DNA from: Methanobacteriota archaeon
GTDB taxonomy: Archaea > Halobacteriota > Bog-38 > Methanoflorentales > Methanoflorentaceae
NCBI GenBank assembly: GCA_963720465.1
Contig: OY970393.1
Span: 1,120,001-1,184,000, forward strand
Reading direction: 5' to 3'
DNA: 64,000 bases
The notes below the pieces were generated by a model. It searched no databases, was not told where the DNA came from, and saw only the letters and a program-made list of their open reading frames with translations. Shown piece by piece: positions 19,701 to 30,555 of this stretch; the stretch's first letter is position 1; every line of letters starts with the position of its first letter. Both the position numbers and the translations under genes were made by a program.

Positions 19701-20672
19701 ATGAACACTCGTCCGAGGGTTGTTATAGTCATTTTAAATTGGAACGGAAAAGAGGATACTGCCAAATGCCTAGACTCCCTGACAGCGATAACGTATCCGA
19801 ACTACACGATACTGGTGGTCGATAACGGTTCCACGGACGGGTCCGTAGAATTCTTAAGTGAGCGGTACTCTCATATTCAAATCGCGAGGAACAATTCAAA
19901 CATAGGATTCGGAGCGGGAAATAACATCGGAATCGAGCTCGCCCTTAGCATGGGGGCGGACTACGTATTGCTACTGAACAATGACACGACGGTAGATGCG
20001 CATTTCCTCGACTATTTGGTGCAGGAAGCCGAAAGGGATCGTCGGATCGGATTCGCCGGACCAAAGATATACCGTCTCTACGAGGGCGAGGCCGCAGAAT
20101 ACGCCGTATGGAAGACGTTCGGATGGAAAAGGATGCCCTTAGATGCTGTGGAGCGGACCACGCTTTTGCATTCTGCAGGCGGTTCGTTTAACGCGTGGCT
20201 CGGAAAAATTCGCCATAGAGGCGCGGCGGAGTTTGATGTGGGCCAGTACGATGAACAAAAAGTAGTCGATTTCGTGGAGGGCTCGTGCGTATTAGTGAGG
20301 AGAGACGTAATCAACAGGATCGGGCTACTCGATGCATCGTATTTTACCTATTTGGAAGACGTTGACTGGTGCTTGAGGGGGCAGCGCGCTGGGTATGCAA
20401 CGGTCTTTGTTCCACGAGCTAAGATTTGGCATAAAGGAAGCAAATCCAGTTCCCATGAAAACAGGGTTTATTACTACGCGAGAAACAAGCTGTGGCTAAT
20501 GCAAAAACGAACGACAAAGTTACAGTATGTAGCGTTCCTTTTCAGCTTCTTGTCAATCCAGGCACCGTTAAGTGTTATCCTCATTGCAGGATATCAGAAA
20601 AGAAATAGGGCTGTAGAACTGTTTGCCAAAGGCATAATAGATGGGCTTCGGGGACCCCCACCGAACGGTTAG
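19701..20672 (+). CDS. Glycosyltransferase family 2 (WbbL/GT_2_like_c type)
   Basis: ILNWNG, VDNGSTD, GFGAGNNIG, LLNNDT, EDVDWC and YYYARN motifs. Confidence 0.92.
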   Translation: MNTRPRVVIVILNWNGKEDTAKCLDSLTAITYPNYTILVVDNGSTDGSVEFLSERYSHIQIARNNSNIGFGAGNNIGIELALSMGADYVLLLNNDTTVDAHFLDYLVQEAERDRRIGFAGPKIYRLYEGEAAEYAVWKTFGWKRMPLDAVERTTLLHSAGGSFNAWLGKIRHRGAAEFDVGQYDEQKVVDFVEGSCVLVRRDVINRIGLLDASYFTYLEDVDWCLRGQRAGYATVFVPRAKIWHKGSKSSSHENRVYYYARNKLWLMQKRTTKLQYVAFLFSFLSIQAPLSVILIAGYQKRNRAVELFAKGIIDGLRGPPPNG

Positions 20673-21136
20673 CTCCTCTGTGCGGTGAGTGCGCGATATG
20701 CCGCGAAGATTAGACTTTAACGAGCTTCGCGTCAGCTCACAATGTCTCTCTCGAACTTCTTTGCTGCTCAGTTAAACCGAATACGGACCTCAAGATATTG
20801 TCGGTCGCATTCTGTCAATAACTGGGTGAACGCAGCGCAAAATACAAGTTAGATACACTCTGAAGCTGCGAAAAACATATATTAAGGCCTAAGTAGATTG
20901 TCGCGTACGCTAAATTTCAGTGCGTCGCTACACGACCCCAGTAATAATGCAATTATTATGGCCATCATAATTTCCCCGACCCTGTGGGTGATTTCTGCCC
21001 TCATGCGGCTTTCCATTTGAATAACAACGTAGGCTCATCGGTTGACGTGACACAACGACAAACAGACAATCGGGGCACCGTACAGAGGGCCTCATACAAG
21101 ACGCCACCCTATGTCACGAACTGGCAAGAGGTTAGC

Positions 21137-22072
21137 GTGGTCAAGGTAAGCGCAATAATACCGACATACAACAGGGCACACCTTGTTGGGAGGAGTATTG
21201 AAAGCGCCTTAAACCAGACACATTTGAATCTTGAAATATTGGTTGTAGATGACGGGTCTACCGATGAGACGTTCGACTCTGTGATGCCTTTCCTGCAACA
21301 CCCGCACGTGCAGTATTTTCGCCACGAAAAAAGAAGGGGGCATCAAGCCGCACGCAATACTGGAATAAAAAACGCAAGCGGGGAGTATATCGCATTTCTG
21401 GACTCTGACGACACTTGGATTCCTAAAAAAATAGAATTACAGTTAGCTGCAATGGCCGAGAGAGGGCCGCGTTGTGTTGCGCTGACTGCCATGTGGTGGA
21501 TTACAGATGATCCTTCAAAAAAGACGAAGTACTTGAAGAAATACGAAGGGCACGTTTATCCACAAATGCTTGCTGAACCCGGGCCAAATTTTTGTTGCAT
21601 GTTGGTGCCAGCCGAATGCCTCAAAGAAATTGGCTTTCTAGACGAAAGCACTCTCGCGCTTGCCGATTGGGATACTTGTATATCCCTCTCGCGGCTCTAC
21701 GAATTCACGACGGTCGATGAACCGTGCACGATATATTACGGAAATCAGCCAGATTCCATCTCCAAAAATGCGCTCGTAAAAGCGCTCGGCTGGAAACACA
21801 TCGTGGAAAAGAATCAGAGCGACATGCTCCGATTCGTGGGACGACGGGGTTTAGCGAGACACCTTAGGATAATTGCATTCCTTTTTGATGCCGGAGGCGA
21901 CTTCGCCCGCTGCAAAGAGTATATGCTGAAAGCGTTCAGAACTAATGACAAAAACCCAGCGATGTTTCTCTTAGCTTTGTCAACGTTGTTCGGAGAAAGA
22001 GTGTTTCATTTCGTTAAGCGTGCGGCCGCACCCTTCTACGAGCGTTTGCTCGTCACGCCATCAGGAATTTGA
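21137..22072 (+). CDS. Glycosyltransferase family 2
   Basis: VSAIIPTYNRA, VDDGSTD, ARNTG and FLDSDD motifs; GTG start at 21137 preceded by gaggt (ORF open from 20984). Confidence 0.9.
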   Translation: MVKVSAIIPTYNRAHLVGRSIESALNQTHLNLEILVVDDGSTDETFDSVMPFLQHPHVQYFRHEKRRGHQAARNTGIKNASGEYIAFLDSDDTWIPKKIELQLAAMAERGPRCVALTAMWWITDDPSKKTKYLKKYEGHVYPQMLAEPGPNFCCMLVPAECLKEIGFLDESTLALADWDTCISLSRLYEFTTVDEPCTIYYGNQPDSISKNALVKALGWKHIVEKNQSDMLRFVGRRGLARHLRIIAFLFDAGGDFARCKEYMLKAFRTNDKNPAMFLLALSTLFGERVFHFVKRAAAPFYERLLVTPSGI

Positions 22073-22553
22073 CGGGCATTGTCGCCAGCACCCCGCACCG
22101 GCTCAGCCGTTTAACGCTGCGCGCGGAGGGCACTACGAAACTGCCAACCGTGACGTCTCCATAACACAATACGAGTCGGAAGGGGAGCGCGGGGCACTAG
22201 AAAACTGCCACTACGCAACATGCTCATACCACTCTATTTGCGTCAGATGAGCCTGACTCTGCCCACGCGGGAGTGGCGAATAATCAGATTCTGCGTCACG
22301 GTCGTTTTCCCGTTGCGAGTCCAACTGAGTCGGAATCCGTGCTCACGCCTGTGCAATGTAGACCAGCTCCTGCGACAGGCTTCACAACTGGTCAGTCATC
22401 GCGGTCTCCGCCGACTTTCAGAAGCTTAACGCTCAGGCCATCTCTACGCTCAAAGACGTCTTAACGAAGCTTATTGCTGAAAAAAAGACTCCTGAGTGTC
22501 CGTGGCGACTGTATCATCCAAGAGCTTCAACTTCGAGCACTTTTTCTGTCTCG

Positions 22554-23522
22554 TCATCTTTTCTGTCCAAGAACAAAAAAGTACTCTGGTCTAAGGACGC
22601 GACAACGTATTAGCACAGAGTCTAAAACTAGCAGAGTCTTGATGAGGGCCCATCGATGCCTGTAGGTAGGTCGAATTTTCACATATGTGGCGCCATTTAG
22701 ACTTAAATACCGTTTCAGCTTCAACACTTTGAAATTAGCGATCACGCTCTTTAGTATATTCTCACCAGAAATATCTTCAAATGGCGAAACTAACATATCC
22801 GAATTGGTTGTTGGATTTGAGCCATTGCTTTCCTTTTCATCATTGTTTGTGTCTTGCAGTAGTATTCGGAGCCTTATCAGCGCCGTTTTAGACTTCTTTA
22901 AGAAGCTTTCGCTTGTCGGCAGCATAAACAACAACACATAAGAGGTAACCCCAGCAAAAAAACGCTCTTTTTTACTAGCGGCGGCGTGGTCGTGAACGAT
23001 GAAAAACCCGCCAGACTTCAGAGAAGTCTTCACCTCTGAAATCAAGTGATTGATGTCAGCTATATGGTGGAGACCATCCCATACAAAAACAACATCATAT
23101 CTCTCTTTTGGAAGTGTCACCTTATTAAGATCCCCAACAACCAAATCAATGGACCCATCGAAGCTCAGTCCTGCCTGGTATCCCTTGCCAACTTCAATGA
23201 CTTCAGGTGAAATATCAATCCCAGTGACGTGTGCCCCTCGCCGTGCGACCTCGAGCGCTAATTTGCCAGGACCACAACACAGCTCAAGAACGTCCCTTCC
23301 TGGTTTTGAGCAACATACGTTGATTATTTTGGAGATAAAGCCCCCTCTAACAAAAGCTTCAACTTCGCTGTCGTCCAAGAGTTTTTCTGATTCTTTGCGT
23401 CTATATCTAATCTGCAAGTCAGGGAGAACACCAGCGTCTAACTTCTCTTTCGCGCTCATTCCCCAGTACATTGCCTCCTGTCCGGCCAATTCATCGTAGT
23501 TTTTTTCATCCGCTATTGGCAA
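22554..23522 (-). CDS. Class I SAM-dependent methyltransferase
   Basis: VLELCCGPG, GIDIS, GLHH and LKSGG motifs. Confidence 0.88.
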   Translation of the reverse strand: MPIADEKNYDELAGQEAMYWGMSAKEKLDAGVLPDLQIRYRRKESEKLLDDSEVEAFVRGGFISKIINVCCSKPGRDVLELCCGPGKLALEVARRGAHVTGIDISPEVIEVGKGYQAGLSFDGSIDLVVGDLNKVTLPKERYDVVFVWDGLHHIADINHLISEVKTSLKSGGFFIVHDHAAASKKERFFAGVTSYVLLFMLPTSESFLKKSKTALIRLRILLQDTNNDEKESNGSNPTTNSDMLVSPFEDISGENILKSVIANFKVLKLKRYLSLNGATYVKIRPTYRHRWALIKTLLVLDSVLIRCRVLRPEYFFVLGQKR

Positions 23523-23767
23523 TCTGCACCTCGCTCCGGCTCGTCGGCGACCACTCTACGTGGGCCTCAATATAGGTTTTTCGCTGCTTCGGAGTATCTC
23601 TGGCAAGCATTTTAAGTTTGCGTGGCTACGCGTAAAAACGGGAAAAATTTTGATCGCGAGCATCCCTGCTATTACTTTCGCTACTACTCATCGGTTTAAT
23701 AATCGGCGCGCCGCAATCTAGTTACCGCATATGGATTGTAATAGATACTCGCAGCCGACTCGTTGTT

Positions 23768-23937
23768 ATCAACTAGGTAACCGCGTCGCATCGGTCGCCA
23801 CTGTCGTCACGTTGTTCCACGTGGCGTTGTCGGGAGAGCGCTGCAGAGTAATGTTCGCTCCCGAAACGCCTAAAGTACCCATGCTCAGCGTGCCGTGGAT
23901 GATGAAGTTTTGGTTGATAAACGCCGTCGTGTGAGCT
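23768..23937 (-). pseudogene. Orphan relic of a type-B stalk Ig repeat
   Basis: Manual translation AHTTAFINQNFIIHGTLSMGTLGVSGANITLQRSPDNATWNNVTT matches the repeat NQNFTINGTL...NITLQR..NATW.NVT of the 43-55 kb genes. Confidence 0.8.
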
Positions 23938-24101
23938 ATACGGCAAAGCTAAGAAATCAGTCGCCAAGCTTTCCGTGAACTCGTTAAAATCGGCCGATGA
24001 ATCGCTGACGAACGAGAGATGGGCAGAAAAGAAATCATGTAACCATTATCGCGAAAAAAATTAAACAGTCTCATCCGATTACTGTCTTTCAAGCTTTCAA
24101 A

Positions 24102-24821
24102 TCAAACCGACTTTTTCGTCAGGCGTCTCGGGGCCAACAACAGCACCATCCTCAGCGCCTTGACAATCTCGTTCCTGGAGATCTTTGAGGCCCCCATGCG
24201 GCGGTCTTGGAAAATGATAGACACCTCGCCAACCTTCCAACCACGTCGTTCGACTCTGAAAAGCATTTCGAACAAGAAAGAATAGCCGCTCGATTTGATG
24301 CTATCTAGATCCAGGCTCTCTAATGCCTGGCGGCGATAACAACGAAAACCTGCCGTCGTATCGTGGGCGTGCAGCCCCAGTAGCACGCGCGTGATCGTAT
24401 TCGCGCTCCAGCTGAGCACCTTGCGATCCAGAGTCTGCGTGGAGCCCCCACCGCGCACGTAGCGCGAGCCGATGACGAGATCGTACCCCTGGTTGATTTT
24501 GTCCACGATATAGGGAACACAGCGTGGGTTGTGGGAAAAATCGGCGTCCATCGAACAGACGAGATCAGCTCCTTCAGCCAGCGCCTCTTTAAAGCCGGCG
24601 ATGTAAGCTGTGCCAAGCCCCAACTTGCCAGGACGGTGAATGACACTCACTCGCCCGACATTTTCCATCGCCAACCGGTCAGCGATTTCGCCGGTGCCGT
24701 CGGGAGAGTTGTCGTCCACCACAATGATGCGCACGCTCGTCGGCAGAGCGAGTAACTGGGTCGCCAGGGACTCGATATTCTCTTTTTCGTTATAAGTCGG
24801 AACGATAACAGAGACCTGCAT
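24102..24821 (-). CDS. Polyprenol/dolichol monophosphomannose synthase (DPM1-like GT2)
   Basis: VIVPTYNEKEN, VDDNSPDGT, KLGLGTAYIAGF, MDADFSH, IGSRY and GYSF motifs; ATG at 24821 after ggtga RBS. Confidence 0.93.
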   Translation of the reverse strand: MQVSVIVPTYNEKENIESLATQLLALPTSVRIIVVDDNSPDGTGEIADRLAMENVGRVSVIHRPGKLGLGTAYIAGFKEALAEGADLVCSMDADFSHNPRCVPYIVDKINQGYDLVIGSRYVRGGGSTQTLDRKVLSWSANTITRVLLGLHAHDTTAGFRCYRRQALESLDLDSIKSSGYSFLFEMLFRVERRGWKVGEVSIIFQDRRMGASKISRNEIVKALRMVLLLAPRRLTKKSV

Positions 24822-24829
24822 AGTCACCT
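24509..24829. repeat. 321-bp perfect direct repeat, copy 1 (copy 2 at 26804..27124)
   Basis: Base-by-base identical by eye; offset 2295 bp. Confidence 0.92.
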
Positions 24830-24883
24830 TGGATAGCAACAAGAACGCAACGCCTAAGTATCTAACCCGAATCCTTTTGCTCA

Positions 24884-26416
24884 ATGGAAGTAACTCGGCG
24901 GCTTTTAACGAGAAACTATCTAATCTTGTTGGCCATTGTGATCATCGGGTTATTTCTCAGAGTTTATTGTTTGGGGGCCTCAAACCTCTTTGTGGATGAA
25001 GCGGTTTCCATTTATATCGCTAAACTGAGTTTATCTCAACTGCTACAGACGCAAGCACAGTTGGACTTAAATCCCCCCCTTTACGCTTTTGTGTTGCATT
25101 ACTGGATGGTCTTATTTGGCGATTCCGAGTTTTCCGTCAGATTCTTATCGGTTGTATTCGGGACGCTCGCAATACCGATGACCTTCGTGGTCGGCCGCCA
25201 GCTCTTTGACGAGGAGGTGGGGCTGCTGGGTGCGCTTATTCTCGCGGTGTCTTCGTTCAACGTTCAGTTTTCACAAACAGCGCGGATGTACAGCCTGATG
25301 CTGCTGCTAGCACTTCTTTCTATGTACTTTTTCTTAAGCTTCTTGCGTCGAAATACTCTTTCGATCTCAGTTGGTTATGTCCTTGCAACAACGCTGTTGC
25401 TATACACCCACGTTTACGGTGTGTTCGTCCTTCTTGCCCAAAATATCTACTTGATCGGGCTATTCCTCCTCGCAACAGAGAAGATAGTTCGGCTTCGGCA
25501 GTGGATTGTTTTGCAGGCAATCGTTGTCGGACTCTTTGCTGCATGGATTCCTGTTTTGGTGAGCCATATAACAGTCGTGCAGAGCGGGTTTTGGGTACCA
25601 CCGCCGGCCTTTAGTACATTCTTAGACACGTTTGTTTTATATAGCGGGGGCAGGGTGCTGCTGATTCTTCTTTTTGTGTTAGCCATCTTCTCATTGTTTA
25701 CGCGTAAGAAGGTAAACGGTTCTGCGGATTGGAAACCGCGCTTGCAACTTTTTAAGAATCATTTACGCAATGTCCATCTAACGAATAAAGAACAGGTGAC
25801 CTTCCTATTAGTGTGGCTGCTAGCAGTCACCGCGCTACCGTTTGTCGTCTCTCATTTTTCAACATCGTTTTACGTTCAGAGATACACTATCGCCGCTTCA
25901 GTGGCTCTCTACTTGCTCGCCGCTAGCGGATTAAGAAAGATCAACTGGAGCTACGCTAAGGTAGCAGTAATCGCAGTAATTATCGTATTATCTGCAGTAA
26001 ATTTGCAGCAATACTATAGTCAGGTCACTACGCAAGTCATAAACGGACAACCGCAGGACGCGTTCAACCTCGTCGATAAAAATGTCAAAAGTGGGGACGT
26101 TGTGATTCTTTTTCCAGGATATACGAAATTTATCTGGGACTATTACGAAACAGGGACAAATGTCAATGCCACGCCATTTCTCTCGGTGGAGTATTATTCG
26201 ATGTCTTGGACATTCAAAAACACTGACATCAAAGAGCTCCAGTCAGACGTTAAAGGCCATGATCGGGTTTGGTTCGTAAGCCCTCCCGAGGGGCCTTCGT
26301 CCATTTATTATCCCCTATACGATCAGGCATTGAAAACTTTAAATGAGTCATATAAAAGCACTTACTCTGCAAGCTATTTGGGTTATGATGTGCGTCTCTT
26401 CGAAAGCCGCAGTTGA
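24884..26416 (+). CDS. GT39/ArnT-like (GT-C) lipid-linked sugar transferase
   Basis: LFVDEA, NPPLY, DSEFSVRFLS, ARMYSL and YTH motifs; many TM helices; divergent from the DPM synthase. Confidence 0.88.
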   Translation: MEVTRRLLTRNYLILLAIVIIGLFLRVYCLGASNLFVDEAVSIYIAKLSLSQLLQTQAQLDLNPPLYAFVLHYWMVLFGDSEFSVRFLSVVFGTLAIPMTFVVGRQLFDEEVGLLGALILAVSSFNVQFSQTARMYSLMLLLALLSMYFFLSFLRRNTLSISVGYVLATTLLLYTHVYGVFVLLAQNIYLIGLFLLATEKIVRLRQWIVLQAIVVGLFAAWIPVLVSHITVVQSGFWVPPPAFSTFLDTFVLYSGGRVLLILLFVLAIFSLFTRKKVNGSADWKPRLQLFKNHLRNVHLTNKEQVTFLLVWLLAVTALPFVVSHFSTSFYVQRYTIAASVALYLLAASGLRKINWSYAKVAVIAVIIVLSAVNLQQYYSQVTTQVINGQPQDAFNLVDKNVKSGDVVILFPGYTKFIWDYYETGTNVNATPFLSVEYYSMSWTFKNTDIKELQSDVKGHDRVWFVSPPEGPSSIYYPLYDQALKTLNESYKSTYSASYLGYDVRLFESRS

Positions 26417-26798
26417 GTTCTAGATTCAGCGCTTCAAGCAATAACTTTTTGAGGACGAATGGGTGCTTTGCATGCTATTTGTGCTCAGTAGCGAGAGCCG
26501 AATCATAATAATTAAGTAAGCAGCGCCGCTATGCACCCACTATGTTAGCAGCGCGTTATTACCCAAATCTTCATCCTGATTTTGCGAAGCCAAACCACAA
26601 GCTGTTCGAGATTCACCGTAGCAAAATCTCGCTTTACGGTGCTCGAGCCGATTACAGCTACCTTTCAATACGATTGCCGCGTTCTCAGCGCTTGCCGGGC
26701 TGTCAACGAAAATCTTTCAAACCGTGCACGAAGGGGCGGTTGCATTTCTTGTTGTGATCTCGCCCGGTTGCACGTTAGCTGCAAACCGTTCAGAAAAA

Positions 26799-27124
26799 CT
26801 AGTTATAGGGAACACAGCGTGGGTTGTGGGAAAAATCGGCGTCCATCGAACAGACGAGATCAGCTCCTTCAGCCAGCGCCTCTTTAAAGCCGGCGATGTA
26901 AGCTGTGCCAAGCCCCAACTTGCCAGGACGGTGAATGACACTCACTCGCCCGACATTTTCCATCGCCAACCGGTCAGCGATTTCGCCGGTGCCGTCGGGA
27001 GAGTTGTCGTCCACCACAATGATGCGCACGCTCGTCGGCAGAGCGAGTAACTGGGTCGCCAGGGACTCGATATTCTCTTTTTCGTTATAAGTCGGAACGA
27101 TAACAGAGACCTGCATAGTCACCT
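26799..27124 (-). pseudogene. Truncated duplicate of the DPM synthase 5' end
   Basis: Identical to 24509..24829; reading frame stops after ...PRCVPYN. Confidence 0.9.
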
Positions 27125-27673
27125 ACACTCTCTACTGACATTTTGTCTCGATTTCTGTCTTTGCCTTATCTTATCATAGTAGGCTGTATCCGCGAGTTTG
27201 CCGCTAAATCAGAACGGTGGCTTGACTGACCCCCTACTACTGTAAAATATTTTTCTGGCAGGATAATAACGCACTCAACCAAGTCATTATCAACCACCTT
27301 CTATCGAATTACCTCTTCCTCCCGAACTAGCAACGGGTTTAACATAATTGAAACGCGAAGGCAAATAATGAAAGTGCGGCTTCCGCTAGGGTTAAACAAA
27401 GTATCCAGGCAATCCAGATAACAATCTATGGGCCTCCACGCCGGGCTTTATCCAAGCGTTTGCAGGGACTATCCATATTATGGAGGGCAGCGCAGAGCTT
27501 GGCCACTGTTGGCTTGTGAAGATGCACCCAATCGCGCAGTATAACAATATTGTCAACGTGCGACGGCGGAGTTTTTAACTGTTGAACAATTCTACGCCTC
27601 CGATCCGCTCTCTTTCCTTGCCAAGTTATAATGCTTGGGCTTTTTATATAACCCAGTTATCTTCCTGTGTTGT

Positions 27674-29338
27674 ATGAAGAGGGCGAAAAGCGAAACGTTG
27701 GCGCGACTTTCGCACGTAAGCCAAAGTTATTGGCCTATCTTCATACTTTTTGGAACGTTTTTCGCGTATCTGCTAGCGACTAGCCGACTTGGGATGAATG
27801 TCTACGATGAAGGGCTTGCCCTTCTGGGAGCTCAGAACGTCCTCGAGGGGCAAATCCCATATCGAGACTTTTTTGCCGTTTATCCGCCTGGCAGTTTCTA
27901 TTTTGATGCAGTGTTGTTCCAGGTTTTTGGCACTTCCATTTTAATAGTGCGAATAGCAGACTCCATCGTTACATTATTGGCCGTCATATGCACATTTTTG
28001 ATTACTAAGCACATCACTGCCCAAAAATACGCCGCCGTATCTTCGATCCTAGCGATCGGCGCCCTTATATGGGGTGGGAGCCTGCTGAGCCCACCCGTAT
28101 TATTTGGATTGGTCGCCTGCATCTACCTTTTCCATCTGCGCACCTACGATAGAACTCGGGATGTGCTGGTCCTCGGACTCATTACCGCTTTTTCTCTCCT
28201 TTTTCGAGTTGACTTCGGGTTATACTTGTTTATTGCACTCAGCACGATCCTGATTCTGTGCAACTATTCAGAGGCAATGTTGGTTTCCAGGCCAAAAGAA
28301 AGACTCTATAAAGTTGTGAAAGTGTGGAGCATCTACGTTTCTGGAGTTCTGATTATCGCGGCGCCGGTACTGATTTTGATTCTGCGTGTGGTCCCTCTGC
28401 AAGATCTCATTTACCAATTCATTGTATTTCCTCGATCTATTTACCCGGCGTTTCGCTCGCTACCGCCGCCGTCACCTTTCTCCGGTAGTGGAACGCTTCG
28501 CGCGTCCTTTTACTTTCCAATCTTTGTCTATGTAGCCACTGCTTTATGGCTGGGTGCTCAAGCGATACGACACAAAGCGAAGCTGAATGAACAATCGAAA
28601 CCTCTCTTTTTGCTCCTGTTCGGCGCACTCGTCTTTATATATGGAAGCGTCCGGACAAGTGTTGGTCACTTAGTCCCGACGTTGATTATTGCAGTTATTT
28701 TATTCTCGTGGCTAGTTTTCAGTTTCATCGAGAAGATGCGACCTACCGTGAAGCGAAAAACTATTCACGCCCTCGTCCCGGCCGTAAATCTAACCTATCT
28801 ATTTACAATAATGCTCGTCTCGTTGTTTTTGTTGAGTTCCGCCCTCCCGGCGCTCAATCCAGCTCAACGAGGCTTGGTCGCATTAGACATGAACCGGGCA
28901 CACGGGATATACATAAGCGCCGACGAGGCACGCAACCTAACCGAGGCGGTTGCGTATATTCAGGCTCACGTTCCAAAAAATCAAACAATCTTCGTAGGCA
29001 ACACGCAGCACGAACAGATTTTTGTTAATAACGTCATGTTCTACTTCTTAGCAGAACGTGCAAGTGCCACAAAATATTATGATTTAGAGCCAGGCGTGGC
29101 GACGACCGCTGCAATTCAAAACCAGATAATCAACGACATAGCCGAGCATGGTACCAAGTATGTTGTTCTCTGGAGTGGGGCAGCCGCGACTGCTAAGGAG
29201 CCAAACCAAAGTCAATATAAAAGTGGAGTCAAAAACTTAGACGACTACATTAAGACGAACTTTGTTCCGGTCAAGCACTACGGAGACTACACAATATATG
29301 CACGGGCCGATAGCGCTGGTAGCGCTGTCTCTGCATAG
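27674..29338 (+). CDS. Polytopic membrane protein, GT-C/ArnT-like
   Basis: YDEG...GQIPYRDFFAVYPPG N-terminal motif, multiple TMs, soluble C-terminal domain with FYFLAER. Confidence 0.7.
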   Translation: MKRAKSETLARLSHVSQSYWPIFILFGTFFAYLLATSRLGMNVYDEGLALLGAQNVLEGQIPYRDFFAVYPPGSFYFDAVLFQVFGTSILIVRIADSIVTLLAVICTFLITKHITAQKYAAVSSILAIGALIWGGSLLSPPVLFGLVACIYLFHLRTYDRTRDVLVLGLITAFSLLFRVDFGLYLFIALSTILILCNYSEAMLVSRPKERLYKVVKVWSIYVSGVLIIAAPVLILILRVVPLQDLIYQFIVFPRSIYPAFRSLPPPSPFSGSGTLRASFYFPIFVYVATALWLGAQAIRHKAKLNEQSKPLFLLLFGALVFIYGSVRTSVGHLVPTLIIAVILFSWLVFSFIEKMRPTVKRKTIHALVPAVNLTYLFTIMLVSLFLLSSALPALNPAQRGLVALDMNRAHGIYISADEARNLTEAVAYIQAHVPKNQTIFVGNTQHEQIFVNNVMFYFLAERASATKYYDLEPGVATTAAIQNQIINDIAEHGTKYVVLWSGAAATAKEPNQSQYKSGVKNLDDYIKTNFVPVKHYGDYTIYARADSAGSAVSA

Positions 29339-30555
29339 TTTGAGGTCGCCAATTTTTAAGCTAAGCAATATTCATATCTTCTTCAGCACGGTCTTTCTTG
29401 AAGTCGCTAGTTGATTACTAACTATCAAGATTTCAACCACTAGTCTTGCTCTGCTATCCACATTCTGGTTTTGCGCGTTTAGAGAACGATATTCTGTTGT
29501 CGACTCAAGCCACGTGCTTAAAGCCGGCAACGGCGTAGCACATGAGTACTTGGAAATACTTCTGAGACTTAATAAAGGGGATTGTTCACGCGCACGATTT
29601 TTTTTCTCCCGGCCGAGTGTCCAAAAGCGTAGTTGTTAGATTCAAATCTTTTCTTCAATGAACAGACGTATTGCAAGCATTTCTCACTTACAAGAAAGGC
29701 TCTGAAGTATTGCAGACGGGTAGTTACATGCACATCTGAATTACCCAGATGCCCTCGAAAAAGCATTTAGCTTATATCAGCTTGCACAGCGATGGCCCGG
29801 GAGCTTTGGGAAGAGAGATGAACCAAAGGCATCGTGTCAAAAAAAATTTTAAGCGAAGCCCACATAGGGCATTCTACGCGTCCGACCAAGATAGCACCGC
29901 CTGGTTCTTTTTGTTATCTGAAAGAGTGCGTAGATATACTTACTTCAGCCAAGAGAATTCACTACGCCCTCATTTTTTCAAGCGACGCCATAACCACGGT
30001 TTTTTTGGCATTATCTTAGTATCAGTAGTCTTGGCTATCATTAGTTTTTTTATGGAGCGCAGTAACGTACCCATCAATAATGGCCTTTCTCAGGTTCGTT
30101 AAATTCGTCGCCGGTAAGCTTCGCATCGATGGTCGGCGCGTCCCTTACTGTGAATATTCTGTCCGCGCCGCTTGATATATTAACGAATTGAAAGAAACGC
30201 TCAGTGTTAAAGACTGGCCGTTAAAACGGTTACTGTAAGATATTCCATAGCACTAGCAGAAGCAAAAGAGGCATTGCACTATTTTTTATATGGCTATTGA
30301 AGTAGCTGATTATGAGCAGCAAACGAAATAAACAAGAACCGACATTTCTACTAAAATGCACGGAAGAGCCTGAGCCGTCGCAATGGAGAGGGACGCTCGA
30401 AGCTTTCGCACTTGACAGCCGTAACAAGCGCTGACGGATCGCTGGATCATCCTAGTTTGTATACGTGTTCAGTTTAAGACTGTCAAAACCGGTAGTCCAC
30501 GAACGCAGCGTTAAACGGATCTGAAAAAAGCGCGAATGCGGGATTTTTAACCAAA

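Noticed and set aside
29540-30430. Short ORFs, possibly another GT relic
   Set aside because: Only faint resemblance (LLDSNLFF); I could not reconstruct a convincing frame.
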